Below are positions 43,698 to 55,100 of a DNA stretch of 64,000 nt, one piece after another. Each line of letters opens with the position of its first letter. Position 1 is the first letter of the stretch. The notes beneath the pieces were generated by a model. It did not search any database. It had not been told where the DNA came from and was given only the letters and a program-made list of their open reading frames with translations. Made by a program: the position numbers and the translations under genes. Source of the DNA: Chamaesiphon sp. (GTDB lineage Bacteria > Cyanobacteriota > Cyanobacteriia > Cyanobacteriales > Chamaesiphonaceae); the NCBI GenBank assembly GCA_965246715.1, contig CBDFFH010000037.1:32001-96000 (forward strand). The letters run 5' to 3'.

Positions 43698-43874
43698 TTA
43701 TGCGGAGCTGTTGAGTTGTTGCTGAAGTTGTTGCACTTCTTCGATCGATAGCTCTGTCGAAGATGCAATCAGAGTGATATCCACACCTCCTCGTAGAAGA
43801 TTGAGGGCGATCGCTTGCTTCTCCTCTTTGCGGGCATCTCTTTCAATGGAGCGGTAAACAGTGGATTCTTGCAT
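43698..43874 (-). pseudogene. Isolated C-terminus of an Rpn-family (PD-(D/E)XK) protein
   Basis: Upstream ILAGLKLEDEIVYRILRRDI, then MQESTVYRSIERDARKEEKQAIALNLLRGGVDITLIASSTELSIEEVQQL. Confidence 0.65.
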
Positions 43875-44012
43875 GATGTCTCTCCGTAGTATGCGATAAA
43901 CGATCTCATCCTCTAATTTTAACCCAGCTAAAATCTCAATATTACGCTATATTATGAAATGATATTCGGAAAGTTTAGACGATTCATCAGACTTTGAGCT
44001 AATATTTTTCTG

Positions 44013-45500
44013 CAGGGTGAACGCATCAAAACAGGATTTATTTTGATCGAGAGCCACTAAAATAGGCGATTAATGATATTCGATTGCTTAACTACAATTA
44101 CGACAATATCAATAAAATCGAAACCAAAGACGAGGTTAAATTAACTCAATTTAGTCCGGCAAAAGTGCGGCTAAAGATATTTAGCCAAATTCATACTCTG
44201 GGGTTAGTTAAATTTAGGCTAAAATAGCCTCTAGAAGTTCGCGCGAATATTCTTCATCAAGGCTCGCAAGAAATCGCTTCTTCCTAACACTTAGTTTTCG
44301 ACTCTTGTTCTGACTCATTATATTAACTGCTATATGTCTTAAAACAGCAAAATTAGCTGGAGCATTATCTTTTCTAATTCGACTAATGTCTTCTTTGAAA
44401 ATAACATCAAGTACCCAATAGAGTGAATTTTCTATCGACCAATGACCTCTGATTGCTTCTGCTAGTTTTTCAACATTATCTTCTAAGCTACTGATGAAAT
44501 AACGAGCTTCTACGCTGGTTTTTTCATTGACAACTCGAACTGATTCTACCATGCAAATACTAGTCAGATTTTGCCATTTTAGCAATGGATCTATTGATGT
44601 TGCAATGTCTGATATCATTAGGTAATTACGAGTTTCCTCTCTACCTCTATTCATCTCTCTACTGCTGAAGCTATGCGTTTTCAGACTTTCACCACGAGTT
44701 TTAATCGCCTGTTTGAATAGCTGTTCTACCCTTTCATATAAACTTGGTTGATTCTTTTTGACAGCAATTACATAATCTGCTTCTTTTTTGACAATTTTCT
44801 TGACTATTTCTCGCTGACATCCCATTGCATCAATTGTCACTATACATCCAGCTAGATCTAAGGCATTAATCAACTCAGGCAATGCAGTAATTTCATTTGA
44901 TTTACTCTCGACTTTTGTTTGTCCTAATACTAATCTATTACTTGCTGCCCAAGCACTGACCGTATTAATTACTCCTTTACCATTTTTTTCGTCTCTTGAA
45001 TTTCGAGATTGTTTTCCATCAAATGCGATTATCTCTCCTGCTGTTATTTTACTTATTCCTTTAATCCAATGCAGGAAAGATTTATTGAATTCTTCAGGAT
45101 TAATTTGTGAAAATACCCGTGCAAATGTATCGTGAGATGGTATCCCATTCGGTAATTCTAGAAATTCCTCCAGCCATTTTTTTCTGGTGATGCCATACAG
45201 CTCTATGTCTTCCCATCCATCTGCTCCACATACTACTGCACAAATCGAGATCGTGATAATATCGATTAGTTTGTGTTTTTTCCCCCGTTCAATTCTAATG
45301 TCTTTTATGTCACCAAAGTGTTCTGCGATACTATGCCTTGGCTTTAGCTTCATTTGACGCGATCTGAATTTCCAATAAATATAACATAATTAACTGGCTA
45401 TACTTGTTTACCATTAAAGCTTTCATACTTTTCGTAATTCAAATCTGCAACTGATTTGCGAGGATTTTAAATAGTAGGAAATTTAAGTGCGTTCACCCTG
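44013..45500 (-). mobile_element. ISAs1-family IS, complete, 1488 bp
   Basis: TIR CAGGGTGAACGCA; 10-bp TSD TATTTTTCTG. Confidence 0.96.
44214..45353 (-). CDS. ISAs1 family DDE transposase
   Basis: GIPSHDTF, AFDGK, KSNEITA, TIDAMGCQ and RGHWSIEN. Confidence 0.96.
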   Translation of the reverse strand: MKLKPRHSIAEHFGDIKDIRIERGKKHKLIDIITISICAVVCGADGWEDIELYGITRKKWLEEFLELPNGIPSHDTFARVFSQINPEEFNKSFLHWIKGISKITAGEIIAFDGKQSRNSRDEKNGKGVINTVSAWAASNRLVLGQTKVESKSNEITALPELINALDLAGCIVTIDAMGCQREIVKKIVKKEADYVIAVKKNQPSLYERVEQLFKQAIKTRGESLKTHSFSSREMNRGREETRNYLMISDIATSIDPLLKWQNLTSICMVESVRVVNEKTSVEARYFISSLEDNVEKLAEAIRGHWSIENSLYWVLDVIFKEDISRIRKDNAPANFAVLRHIAVNIMSQNKSRKLSVRKKRFLASLDEEYSRELLEAILA

Positions 45501-45654
45501 TATTTTTCTGGATATCATCCCCGATCCCTGTTCTCAGGGAATAGGAGGAAAGTTTCCATCTAATAAATAAATAGTTAGCCCGCCTAACCAAGCTATCTTT
45601 GAAGTTGACAGTGCAGCATTATCGTATAAAAATATCTAGATTTCAGCATAAAAC

Positions 45655-47307
45655 ATGGATAGGGAAGAGTTAATAAGACGTTATAACGCTGGAGAAAGAG
45701 ATTTTTCTCAAGTGGATCTAAGTAAAGCTAACCTCTTGGGCGTGGATCTTAGGAATGCAAATCTGAGTGGCGTTAATTTCCGCGATGCCGAACTACATGG
45801 AGCTAATTTAAGCAATACCGTATTATCCAGCGCTCGATTTTCCTCGACAAATTTGCGCTATGCAATTCTTGATGGAGCAGATTTGACAGGTGCTGAACTT
45901 TATGAAAGCGATTTTGAATATGCAAGTTTAAAGGGTGCAAATTTAGAAGGGGCTTCAATATGTGAATGCCGATGGAGCAGTGCTAACATTAGTCAAGCTA
46001 ACTTGGAAAATATTAATCTTTCAGGAGAAGATTTTGAGCCTTGTTTTGACGCAATATGTGATAGTCAAATATTAACGAAAGAAAAATTTGTTAATTACTA
46101 TAATTCAGGCGTAAGAGATTTTTCAGCAGATTACGATGGCTGGAATCTTTGGAAGTTCTCTGAACTAAGGAATTTCGATCTCAGTGGATGCAAACTTTCT
46201 GGTATAAAGTTTCCTTCAGGTCTCGATCTCACAGGAATTAATCTACAGAATGCTGATTTGAGTCAATCAGATCTACTGGAGGCTTGTCTAAGACACGCGA
46301 ATCTGGAGAATGCCAACCTAGAAAATAGTTCTTTATTGGGTGCTTCTTTGGATGGAGCTAATTTAAAGAATGCCAATATGCGAGGAACAAAAATATGTAC
46401 TTCTGGTGTTCTTTCTTCGTTAAGGAAAGCTAATCTGACCAGCGTAGACCTTACTAACGCAGACCTGACACGAGCTTTTCTAGACGGTGCGGATTTTACG
46501 AGCGCAATTCTGGTTAATGCAAATTTTAGTGGTGCTAGTTTGATACGAGCAAACTTCAGTAATACTACCATGAAAGATGCCAACTTCACTGATGTTATTT
46601 ATAGTCCTGAAACCATCTTTCCAATTGACTTTGCAACAGAAATATATCTTTCCACCGCAATTCAACTACTGCCAGAGACAGACTTTTCAAGATTCGCTGA
46701 AGAACCAGATAAAACTAAAAAGTATACTAGGAAGCACGTCTTCTCATGCTATGACTTACATGGGTTAGATCTACATGGAGCCAATTTCTCCAATTTGGGT
46801 ATGAATCAAGTAAATCTTAAAGGGGCAAACTTGAATTACGCCATTCTACGATCGACAAATTTTTGTCGCGCCAACTTACGGGGGGCAAAGTTAAGAAATG
46901 CAGACCTCAGTAATGCAAGCTTCGGTGGAGCAAACCTATGTGGTGCAGACCTTGAAGGTAGTTTTCTGATTGGAACTCGCTTTGAAGGGGCTTTTTATGA
47001 CTCAAGCACAATATTCCCTAGTGACACCATTCCTGTTGGTGCTAAGTATCTGGGAGCAGGAGCCAATCTTCAAGGATTTTATTTTACGTCTGTAAATTTG
47101 ACTTACACCGATTTAACTGCTGCTAACTTGAGGGCAGCTCATCTAGGAATGCACGATCTTACTGGTTCAAATCTCAGTGGAGCAGATTTAAGTGGAGCAA
47201 ATTTAGAGGGTGCGAAATTAGATGAAACTATTTTGGATGGGGCTATTTTCCATAGAACAATTATGCCAGATGGTAAAGTACGTACTGATGCCACAGTAGA
47301 TAAGTAA
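45655..47307 (+). CDS. Pentapeptide repeat protein
   Basis: RYNAGERDFS N-terminus, many A(N/D)L repeats and TIMPDG. Confidence 0.93.
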   Translation: MDREELIRRYNAGERDFSQVDLSKANLLGVDLRNANLSGVNFRDAELHGANLSNTVLSSARFSSTNLRYAILDGADLTGAELYESDFEYASLKGANLEGASICECRWSSANISQANLENINLSGEDFEPCFDAICDSQILTKEKFVNYYNSGVRDFSADYDGWNLWKFSELRNFDLSGCKLSGIKFPSGLDLTGINLQNADLSQSDLLEACLRHANLENANLENSSLLGASLDGANLKNANMRGTKICTSGVLSSLRKANLTSVDLTNADLTRAFLDGADFTSAILVNANFSGASLIRANFSNTTMKDANFTDVIYSPETIFPIDFATEIYLSTAIQLLPETDFSRFAEEPDKTKKYTRKHVFSCYDLHGLDLHGANFSNLGMNQVNLKGANLNYAILRSTNFCRANLRGAKLRNADLSNASFGGANLCGADLEGSFLIGTRFEGAFYDSSTIFPSDTIPVGAKYLGAGANLQGFYFTSVNLTYTDLTAANLRAAHLGMHDLTGSNLSGADLSGANLEGAKLDETILDGAIFHRTIMPDGKVRTDATVDK

Positions 47308-47360
47308 CAACCGAACGTAGTTATTTACCGAAGATTTGAATGGGAGATCTCAATTGGATT

Positions 47361-50300
47361 CTATACGATCGCTCCTAAAGCTGTTAAATTCTCCTGCTGG
47401 GCAGCAGTCAATCCCTGGATGCCTCGAATACTCATCCCTTCATAGGGTCGCGGCGATCGAAGGATTTTGACGCATTCACCCGTAGCGACATCCCAGAATC
47501 TAATGGTGGCATCGGTGCCAGTACTGGCTAGCAACTGTCGCTTAGCAAAATCCGCGCTGTAGTGTGGCACAAAAGCCACTCCAAAAACACCATGCGTATG
47601 ACCCTGCAAGATCCTTAGACATTTCCCGCTATGTACATCCCAAAGCCAGACGGTACCGTCATAGCTACCACTGGCTAACCATCGTCCATCGGTGCTCAAA
47701 GCCACAGACCAAACGAACGCTTGATGACCGGGCAAAACTTGGAAACATTCACCAGTAAGAACATTCCAAAGAGCCACGGTACGATCGACACTACCACTAG
47801 CTAAAATATCTCCATTAGGACTCACCGCGATCGAGATAATCCCTAGCTGCTGCCCCTGCAAAGTACGCAGACATTCACCCGTCTGGATATCCCAAATTCT
47901 CATCGTGCGGTCTCTACTCCCACTCACCAGCATCGATGGTGAGGCAATAAAGGCGACCGATGTGACCCAATCTTTATGCCCTGCCAACATCTGGAGACAC
48001 TCACCCGTCAAAGTACTCCAAAGTCTAATCGTATGGTCTGAGCTACTACTGGCCAGGATTCGACTGTCGGGGCTAAATGCCACCGACCACAGGCCATCGG
48101 TATGTCCAGCTAAAATGTGGCAGCACTGGCCATCCCTGACGCGCCAAAGTTTGATAATCGGGTTGTCACCGCTACCCCCACTAGCCAGGAGTTGACCGTC
48201 TGGACTGAAGGCTAATGTTCTGATGGAACTAGTATGACCGCTCAAACTCGTAGATCGATCGTTCTGGATATTCCAGAGTCGTAACGCTCCGCCAAAGTAT
48301 CCAGTGGCTAGCACCGCTTGAGGAGCGGCAATATCTGGTAAAGGTGGGGGGACAAAATCCATCGCATAGATCGTATTTGCATAGCCCTGGAAAACTCTCA
48401 GACACTTGCCAGTAGTCAGACTCCAGAGTCTAACCGTGCGATCTTCACTACCGCTAGCCACGATCTGATGAGTGGCATCACAAGCGATCGACCAGATCCA
48501 ATCCTCATGCCCGACCAGCGTCTTCAAACACCTTCCCGTCCGCACATCCCAGAGCTTGATGTTGCGATCCTTGCCACCGCTGATGAGCGTTCGGCCATCT
48601 TGACTAAAGATTACCGACTTCAATTCATCGCTGTGTCCCAAACAAGTTCTCAAACACTCGCCAGTGCTGGCATCGTAGAGCTTAACGGTGGCATCATTAC
48701 CGCCGCTGGCAATGGTTCGACCATCTGGACTAAATGCTACTGAAAAGACTTTGCCTTGATGAGTCTCCCATGTTCCAACGCATTGTCCTTTGTGGATATT
48801 CCAAAGCCGAATACTTGAATTGGCATCACCACTGGCAATGGTTTGACCATCGGGACTGAAGGCTACTGAGTAGACTGCTTCGGTAGATTCGGCGAATTTC
48901 TGCAAGCACTCACCAGTGTTAACCGCCCAGAGTCTCACGGTGCCGTTATCGCTACCGCTGACTAAAATATCGTCACTGCTACTGACTAAGATGTTGCCGT
49001 CGGGACTGAATGCCAGCGATCGGATTGCCTGTGTCCGATCGGCAAATGTCCGCAAGCACTCACCAGTATTGACATCCCAGAGACGGATGGTGCAGTCAAA
49101 ACCACCGCTGGCTAGCGTTCGACTATCGGGGCTGAAAGTCACCGCTCGTACCCAATTGGTGTGGCCGCGCAAGATCGATCGCAGTTGATGAGTGCGAGCA
49201 TCCCACAACCGAATATCACCGTTGAAATCGCCACTAGCCAGATAGCAACCGTCTGGACTAAAAGCGACTGCCTGAATACCGCCAAAGGTTTCGGTAAAGA
49301 CTGAGTTTACCCAATCGGTGTTCGCAAAATTAGTATCGTGTAAATTCATGCCCAGTAGATAGGCTTGTCGAATGCACAAACCGGAAAAATCATAGCCAGT
49401 CGAGTCAATGTGCAAGTGCCGTAACAAGTTAATTAAATTACCCCCTGCATAGCCGTCGGTTCCAGCAAATTCAGTTCGCAGTTTAACTAATAATCGATCG
49501 AGTTGCTGCTTACTCTCTGATTTCGATCGCAACTTACCCATAAGTCGATCGACCAGCGGCACTAAAATCATCCGCACTTGACTTTCCCGCACATAGTCTT
49601 GAGCCTGAGCCTGAATCAGTGCGTGGCTATTAAAAATCGCTACATTTAAAGTCGTAATTTCTGCACATACTCGATCGATAAATATGGCAGTGACATATTC
49701 CATCACCACGGGTTGCAGGGTAAAACATCCAGAACTTTTTTCGATTAAACTTTGCCGAGCTAAGGATTGTAATGCGGCTAAAACTTGAGAGCGAAATCCG
49801 CTAGGAATAAATTCTGCTAACAATTCGGCGATCGATACAGCTTCACGCCCGATCGCTAACCAGTACAATACCTGTTGCTCGATCTCGGACAATCGATCGA
49901 ATTGTTGACCTAACAAAGCCTCAATCCCATTACAGAGAATTACCCCCTGTTCTAAAAACGCGCTCACGCTACCATCGAATAGATCTCGAATTGTCGTCGC
50001 CGCAATTTTGATCGCTAACGGGTTGCCAGAGTAAGATTGCTGTAACTGATGCCAATCGCTGGAATCAGCTGTATGACAACTATTAGCAGTACCGATCGCT
50101 TGCACTTCGCGATCGCTTAAACCAAGTAAATCCAACGTGCGAACTGCCGCAGAGTCCCCTTCCAAATGAATCAAAGTTTTGGGCTTTTCCCGACTCGTTA
50201 ATATTAAGCAACTAGCATGATGTTCGGTAGCGATCCGGCGGAGGAGTTCGCTATACCCAGCATAACCGTCGCGATAACCGCCATCGGCGAGAATAGATTC

Positions 50301-50993
50301 AAAATTATCGAAGACAATCAGACAGCGAGTACTTCGTAAATATGCCATCAATTGCGAGATCTGGGCATCCACAGTATCCGCAGGTTCGGTTTGCTGTTGG
50401 TGAGAGACAAAGGCAATGAGCTGAAAGAGAATTTTATCTAGCGGTGGTGCATTACGGAGGGATTGCCAGATAATCCGATCGAAAATTCGATCGGCTGCTA
50501 ACTTTTGAGTGAGCTTGGCGGCAATTGATGTTTTACCCATGCCACCCATCCCCACGATCGAAATCAGCCGACAACGTGGCTCAAGGGAATTAACCTCAGA
50601 AGTATCATCCAGCCATCTTTTCAACTGCTGGAGTTCATTTTCGCGACCGATGACGCTAGAAACATCGATCTGCTCTCCCCAATAACAATCTCGATCTGGG
50701 GGTAAAGTGTTGGTAACTTCTGGCACTGCTAATTGAGGCGAACGATCTCGCTGGCGGCGCAGTACCGCTTGCAAATTATTTTTGGTGACAGGTTCGCCCA
50801 ATACCTGAGTCAATTGTCGCCACAACTCGTAGCCGATATCGCGGATATAGCCAGTGTCATAGCCGATTTGCTCCGCCATATCGGGGTAGGTGCGACCTTC
50901 CCAAGCGTGACGAAACACCTGCTCTTGAATATCGCGGAGACTTTGGGCTTGAAGCAGTCGATCGAGTAATGCTAAGGCTTCATCTGCTGTCAT
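47361..50993 (-). CDS. STAND protein: HTH-like + NB-ARC + WD40; paralog of 29552-33280
   Basis: [12 protein letters not shown]-terminus, [21 protein letters not shown] repeats and RPYEGM. Confidence 0.93.
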   Translation of the reverse strand: MTADEALALLDRLLQAQSLRDIQEQVFRHAWEGRTYPDMAEQIGYDTGYIRDIGYELWRQLTQVLGEPVTKNNLQAVLRRQRDRSPQLAVPEVTNTLPPDRDCYWGEQIDVSSVIGRENELQQLKRWLDDTSEVNSLEPRCRLISIVGMGGMGKTSIAAKLTQKLAADRIFDRIIWQSLRNAPPLDKILFQLIAFVSHQQQTEPADTVDAQISQLMAYLRSTRCLIVFDNFESILADGGYRDGYAGYSELLRRIATEHHASCLILTSREKPKTLIHLEGDSAAVRTLDLLGLSDREVQAIGTANSCHTADSSDWHQLQQSYSGNPLAIKIAATTIRDLFDGSVSAFLEQGVILCNGIEALLGQQFDRLSEIEQQVLYWLAIGREAVSIAELLAEFIPSGFRSQVLAALQSLARQSLIEKSSGCFTLQPVVMEYVTAIFIDRVCAEITTLNVAIFNSHALIQAQAQDYVRESQVRMILVPLVDRLMGKLRSKSESKQQLDRLLVKLRTEFAGTDGYAGGNLINLLRHLHIDSTGYDFSGLCIRQAYLLGMNLHDTNFANTDWVNSVFTETFGGIQAVAFSPDGCYLASGDFNGDIRLWDARTHQLRSILRGHTNWVRAVTFSPDSRTLASGGFDCTIRLWDVNTGECLRTFADRTQAIRSLAFSPDGNILVSSSDDILVSGSDNGTVRLWAVNTGECLQKFAESTEAVYSVAFSPDGQTIASGDANSSIRLWNIHKGQCVGTWETHQGKVFSVAFSPDGRTIASGGNDATVKLYDASTGECLRTCLGHSDELKSVIFSQDGRTLISGGKDRNIKLWDVRTGRCLKTLVGHEDWIWSIACDATHQIVASGSEDRTVRLWSLTTGKCLRVFQGYANTIYAMDFVPPPLPDIAAPQAVLATGYFGGALRLWNIQNDRSTSLSGHTSSIRTLAFSPDGQLLASGGSGDNPIIKLWRVRDGQCCHILAGHTDGLWSVAFSPDSRILASSSSDHTIRLWSTLTGECLQMLAGHKDWVTSVAFIASPSMLVSGSRDRTMRIWDIQTGECLRTLQGQQLGIISIAVSPNGDILASGSVDRTVALWNVLTGECFQVLPGHQAFVWSVALSTDGRWLASGSYDGTVWLWDVHSGKCLRILQGHTHGVFGVAFVPHYSADFAKRQLLASTGTDATIRFWDVATGECVKILRSPRPYEGMSIRGIQGLTAAQQENLTALGAIV

Positions 50994-51191
50994 TTGCGAA
51001 CACCCTGCCAGAATGTCTAGTCTTATTCTAGTCCGAATAATTCGACAATTACTTCGATGTAATTGTCATCTGTTCGCTTGTTTTCGATCGAATAGATGAC
51101 GATCGATCGGGCATAAAAAGACCGCATCGAGATCGATCGTCGCAGAAAATATGTAAAAAAATTGCCCCACGATTGTCGCGGGGCAAATGAA

Positions 51192-51455
51192 TTAGTTAGA
51201 TTCAAATTCGGTGGTATCTGGTTCGGACTTGGGTTCGTCCGTTCCAGGATTGGGGATGCGATCGTCAGACTGGGGTGCGGTTGGAGTGGGTTGGAAGATT
51301 TTCTGGAGATTGTCCATATAGTCGCCGAAGACTCGAATGACTTTGACAGCCTCTTCTCCAGTCATGGCTTGTGCTTGAGTGGGGGTGAAGACAGTCGCGG
51401 TGGCAAGTACGGTAGCGATCGATCCTAAAGTGAGAAATTGTTTGAGGTTAAACAT
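51192..51455 (-). CDS. Small secreted protein
   Basis: Signal peptide ending PTQAQA; short helical core and Pro/acidic tail. Confidence 0.65.
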   Translation of the reverse strand: MFNLKQFLTLGSIATVLATATVFTPTQAQAMTGEEAVKVIRVFGDYMDNLQKIFQPTPTAPQSDDRIPNPGTDEPKSEPDTTEFESN

Positions 51456-51486
51456 GGTATTTAGTGGTGGTTAAGTGATAACAATC

Positions 51487-51565
51487 TGTAGGGGCATCCC
51501 CTTGTGGGTGCCCTGTTGGTGCGGAGCGAGAATGGTAGAGGGCGGAATGAATCACCGCCCCTACA
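51487..51565. repeat. Inverted GTAG-type REP-like pair
   Basis: TGTAGGGGCATCCC...GGGTGCCC and GGGCGG...CCGCCCCTACA. Confidence 0.6.
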
Positions 51566-51571
51566 GCAACA

Positions 51572-51907
51572 TTAGGAAGCATGAATGGGTTGGAAGAACT
51601 TTTGGATCAACCACAGCGCAGCACGAGGAGTCCGCCCGTATCCCTTGGCAATAATCTGACCGTTATTACGTAGCTCCCATGTAACACCTGGGAATACGGG
51701 ACCTCCGGTTTGGTTGTAGTCGCCGAGGTAGTATGGATTTCCATTGACGTTGACATATGCACCTGTGAGCTGGATACGATCGATCCAACCTGCATGAGCG
51801 GCGGGAGTGGCGATCGGAGAAACGATCGCGGTAGCGGTAAAACCGACTGTACTAGTAGCGATTAACGCTAACACTGCTAATCTGGCTGTAATAGGTTTAA
51901 ATGACAT
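51572..51907 (-). CDS. Small secreted protein
   Basis: Signal peptide ending PAAHA; ~72-aa aromatic/Gly-rich mature part. Confidence 0.7.
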   Translation of the reverse strand: MSFKPITARLAVLALIATSTVGFTATAIVSPIATPAAHAGWIDRIQLTGAYVNVNGNPYYLGDYNQTGGPVFPGVTWELRNNGQIIAKGYGRTPRAALWLIQKFFQPIHAS

Positions 51908-52172
51908 ATGAATTTACTTGGGTACACTAAGTGAGAGTGAATGGTCGCTCAGATTGACTTCGATCGAATGCACTCACTGGTTTTATTTGTGAAAGCGTTT
52001 CGTTTCGGTTGCTTCTGAGTTCGTGAATCAATCATCACCTAGCGATACTGAGTACCACACCTCACCCTTGGTACTTTTAAAAACCTTTGCAGCGCACGGG
52101 TTGTAGCCGAAAAGTTCCAAAGGTACCTTAGAACGTTCCAAACTTTGTCAATAAAAATCTTGGTTTAAGGTA

Positions 52173-55100
52173 ATGCCGAACAAAACACATGGAGATCTGA
52201 ATAAAAGCCGTGCTCGTAGAGTGTTCATGGCTTTGTTTGACTACGTGAATGTGGATACGGATAAGCCGCCGTTACATTTCAGTCAAGCAGATTTTGATGA
52301 AAAAAAAGATGGTCTAACATTTTTCTTCCACACTAAAAAGGCAGGGTTGTGGGAAATTTGTACTAAGAATCGAAAAGCTGGTAAAGACGAGAAGGAAAAT
52401 GAGTATGACAAGGAGATTCGCAAAGCTGTTTCCGAGCTTCTACCAGCATTGGGTCGAGTGGTAGATAAGCGCACCAAGCGGGACATTAATGGAGGTGTTT
52501 GGAAATTTGACATCACTTTTTGGAGTATCTATCGAGCAGAAAATATTCATCGATTCGATCGAGAGTGGGAAGAGAAAAAAAGTAATGGTGGCTTTGAATC
52601 GATCGAAGCCACGGTAGAGCAATTAGAGCCTCCTATTCCAACTCTCACAACCACGACACCAACCCAACCCCAACAACGACGACTAATTGGGAATGCAAAC
52701 TCCCCCATTCCCAATTGGGTGGGGCGCGAAGAACTTTTAATCGAGCTACATACCGAATTGGAAAATAACCGTCGGGTGCTGGTGCTGTGTGGACAAGGTG
52801 GCATCGGCAAGACGAGCTTGGCGGTGAAACTGATGGCGACTTGTGGGGTGGATACCGCGAAGTCGCTGCTGCTAGAAACTTGCCCCTATGACAATGTGCT
52901 GTTTCGCCAAGTCAAGGAGAGCGATAGCTTTGAATCCTTGGTGGGGAAGTTTTTTAAGGCGTTTGGGCTGGCTAGTAATAGCAATGGTACGCCAGCGGAA
53001 AAGATCGAGTCGATCGTGCAGCAGCTACATCAGCAGCGGTGGCTGGTGGTTTTAGATAACTTGGAATCTTTGATGGAGTTTGACAGTGCCAAATCCAAAT
53101 CCGCAGATGTCGGGGATTTGCTCAACAAGCTGGCTTATGGCGGGCATAATTCCCAGATTGTCATCACCAGTCGGAAACTTCCAGAGGATCTGTACGATCG
53201 ACGGGGTAGGGGGTTCAATCCTGCGGTAGTGGGCGAATGTAAGATTCCTGGAATCTCGGTGGCGGATAGTATCAAACTGCTGAAGGAATTGGGAGCTAGA
53301 GATATTCAGGCAGATCTGGAATGGATTGCGGGGAGAGTGGGTGGGAATGTGCTTATTCTCGGACTATTGGCTAGCTATTCTAAACAAAAGCCAGGATTGT
53401 TACGCAATCAAGAGCATCTAGTCACCAAGGAAGCAAAACCGATCGTGCGGGCACAGTATGAATTACAAGGAGTGCCAGCGCAGGATTTGTTACAGCGGAT
53501 GTGCGTATTGCGGATGGGGATGAATGCAGAGGCATTGACGATCCTCAGATTGTTACAGCCTGATGGTGAGACGATGGAGCTTACTTCAGAAGCAGAGGCG
53601 GCGACAGAAGATTTATTGACAGGCTTGGTGAATTCCGATCTGTTGCAGGATCGATATGATGAGTCGATCTGTGAAAGTCGGTATATCTTGCATCCATTGA
53701 TGGCAGAGACATTCCGAGAAATGTTTAAAGAGGATTTAAAGCTGTTGTGGCATTACGCCGCTAGACTATATGGTTCTTTCGATCTGCCTGAAGATGAAAT
53801 TTTCAGCAGTTTTGAAGATATGCGGTTCGTTTTAGAAGAGTTGCATTTCTACTGGCTATTAGAGACAGATCGAGAAAATCTCATCGGGATAGTTATTAGT
53901 GGTGTCCTACCAAATTTACGTAGGTGGTGCTATTGGGATTTGACCGAAGAATGGTTGCAGCGCATTCTCGCAGTTAGAACCGAATTAGGCGATCGAGCGG
54001 GGATGGCAACTTCTTGGGGCGTACTAGGAGATATCGCCCGCAATCGGGGCGATTATGACAAAGCTGAAGCTCTCTACCACCAATCTCTCGCAGTTTATAC
54101 CGAAATAGGCGATCGAGCGGGGATGGCAACTTCTTGGGGCGTACTAGGAGATATCGCCCGCAATCGGGGCGATTATGACAAAGCTGAAGCTCTCTACCAC
54201 CAATCTCTCGCAGTTTATACCGAAATAGGCGATCGAGCGGGGATGGCAACTTCTTGGGGCGTACTAGGATACATCGCCAGCAAGCGGGGAGATTATGACA
54301 AGGCTGAAGCTCTTTACAACCAATGTCTAGCAGTTAGAACCGAATTAGGCGATCGAGCGGGGATGGCAACTTCTTGGGGCGTACTAGGAGATATCGCCAG
54401 CAAGCGGGGCGATTATGACAAGGCTGAAGCTCTTTACAACCAATGTCTAGCAGTTAGAACCGAATTAGGCGATCGAGCGGGGATGGCAACTTCTTGGGGC
54501 GTACTAGGAGATATCGCCCGCAATCGGGGCGATTACGACAAGGCTGAAGCTCTCTACCACCAATCTCTAACAGTTAGAACCGAATTAGGCGATCGAGCGG
54601 GGATGGCAACTTCTTGGGGCGTACTAGGATACATCGCCCGCAATCGGGGCGATTATGACAAGGCTGAAGCTCTTTACAACCAATGTCTAGCAGTTAGAAC
54701 CGAATTAGGCGATCGAGCGGGGATGGCAACTTCTTGGGGCGTACTAGGAGATATCGCCAGCAAGCGGGGAGATTATGACAAGGCTGAAGCTCTTTACAAC
54801 CAATGTCTAGCAGTTAGAACCGAATTAGGCGATCGAGCGGGGATGGCAACTTCTTGGGGCGTACTAGGAGATATCGCCCGCAATCGGGGCGATTACGACA
54901 AGGCTGAAGCTCTCTACCACCAATCTCTAACAGTTAGAACCGAATTAGGCGATCGAGCGGGGATGGCAACTTCTTGGGCGTACTAGGAGATATCGCCCGC
55001 AATCGGGGCGATTATGACAAGGCTGAAGCTCTTTACAACCAATGTCTAGCAGTTAGAACCGAATTAGGCGATCGAGCGGGGATGGCAACTTCTTGGGGCG

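Noticed and set aside
43651..43716. Fourth attC site (GCCTAAC...GTTGAGT)
   Set aside because: No convincing paired L boxes; the 3' part is explained by Rpn coding sequence on the other strand.
38516..45500. Composite transposon that moved as a unit
   Set aside because: Each IS has its own distinct TSD on both sides, so they inserted separately.
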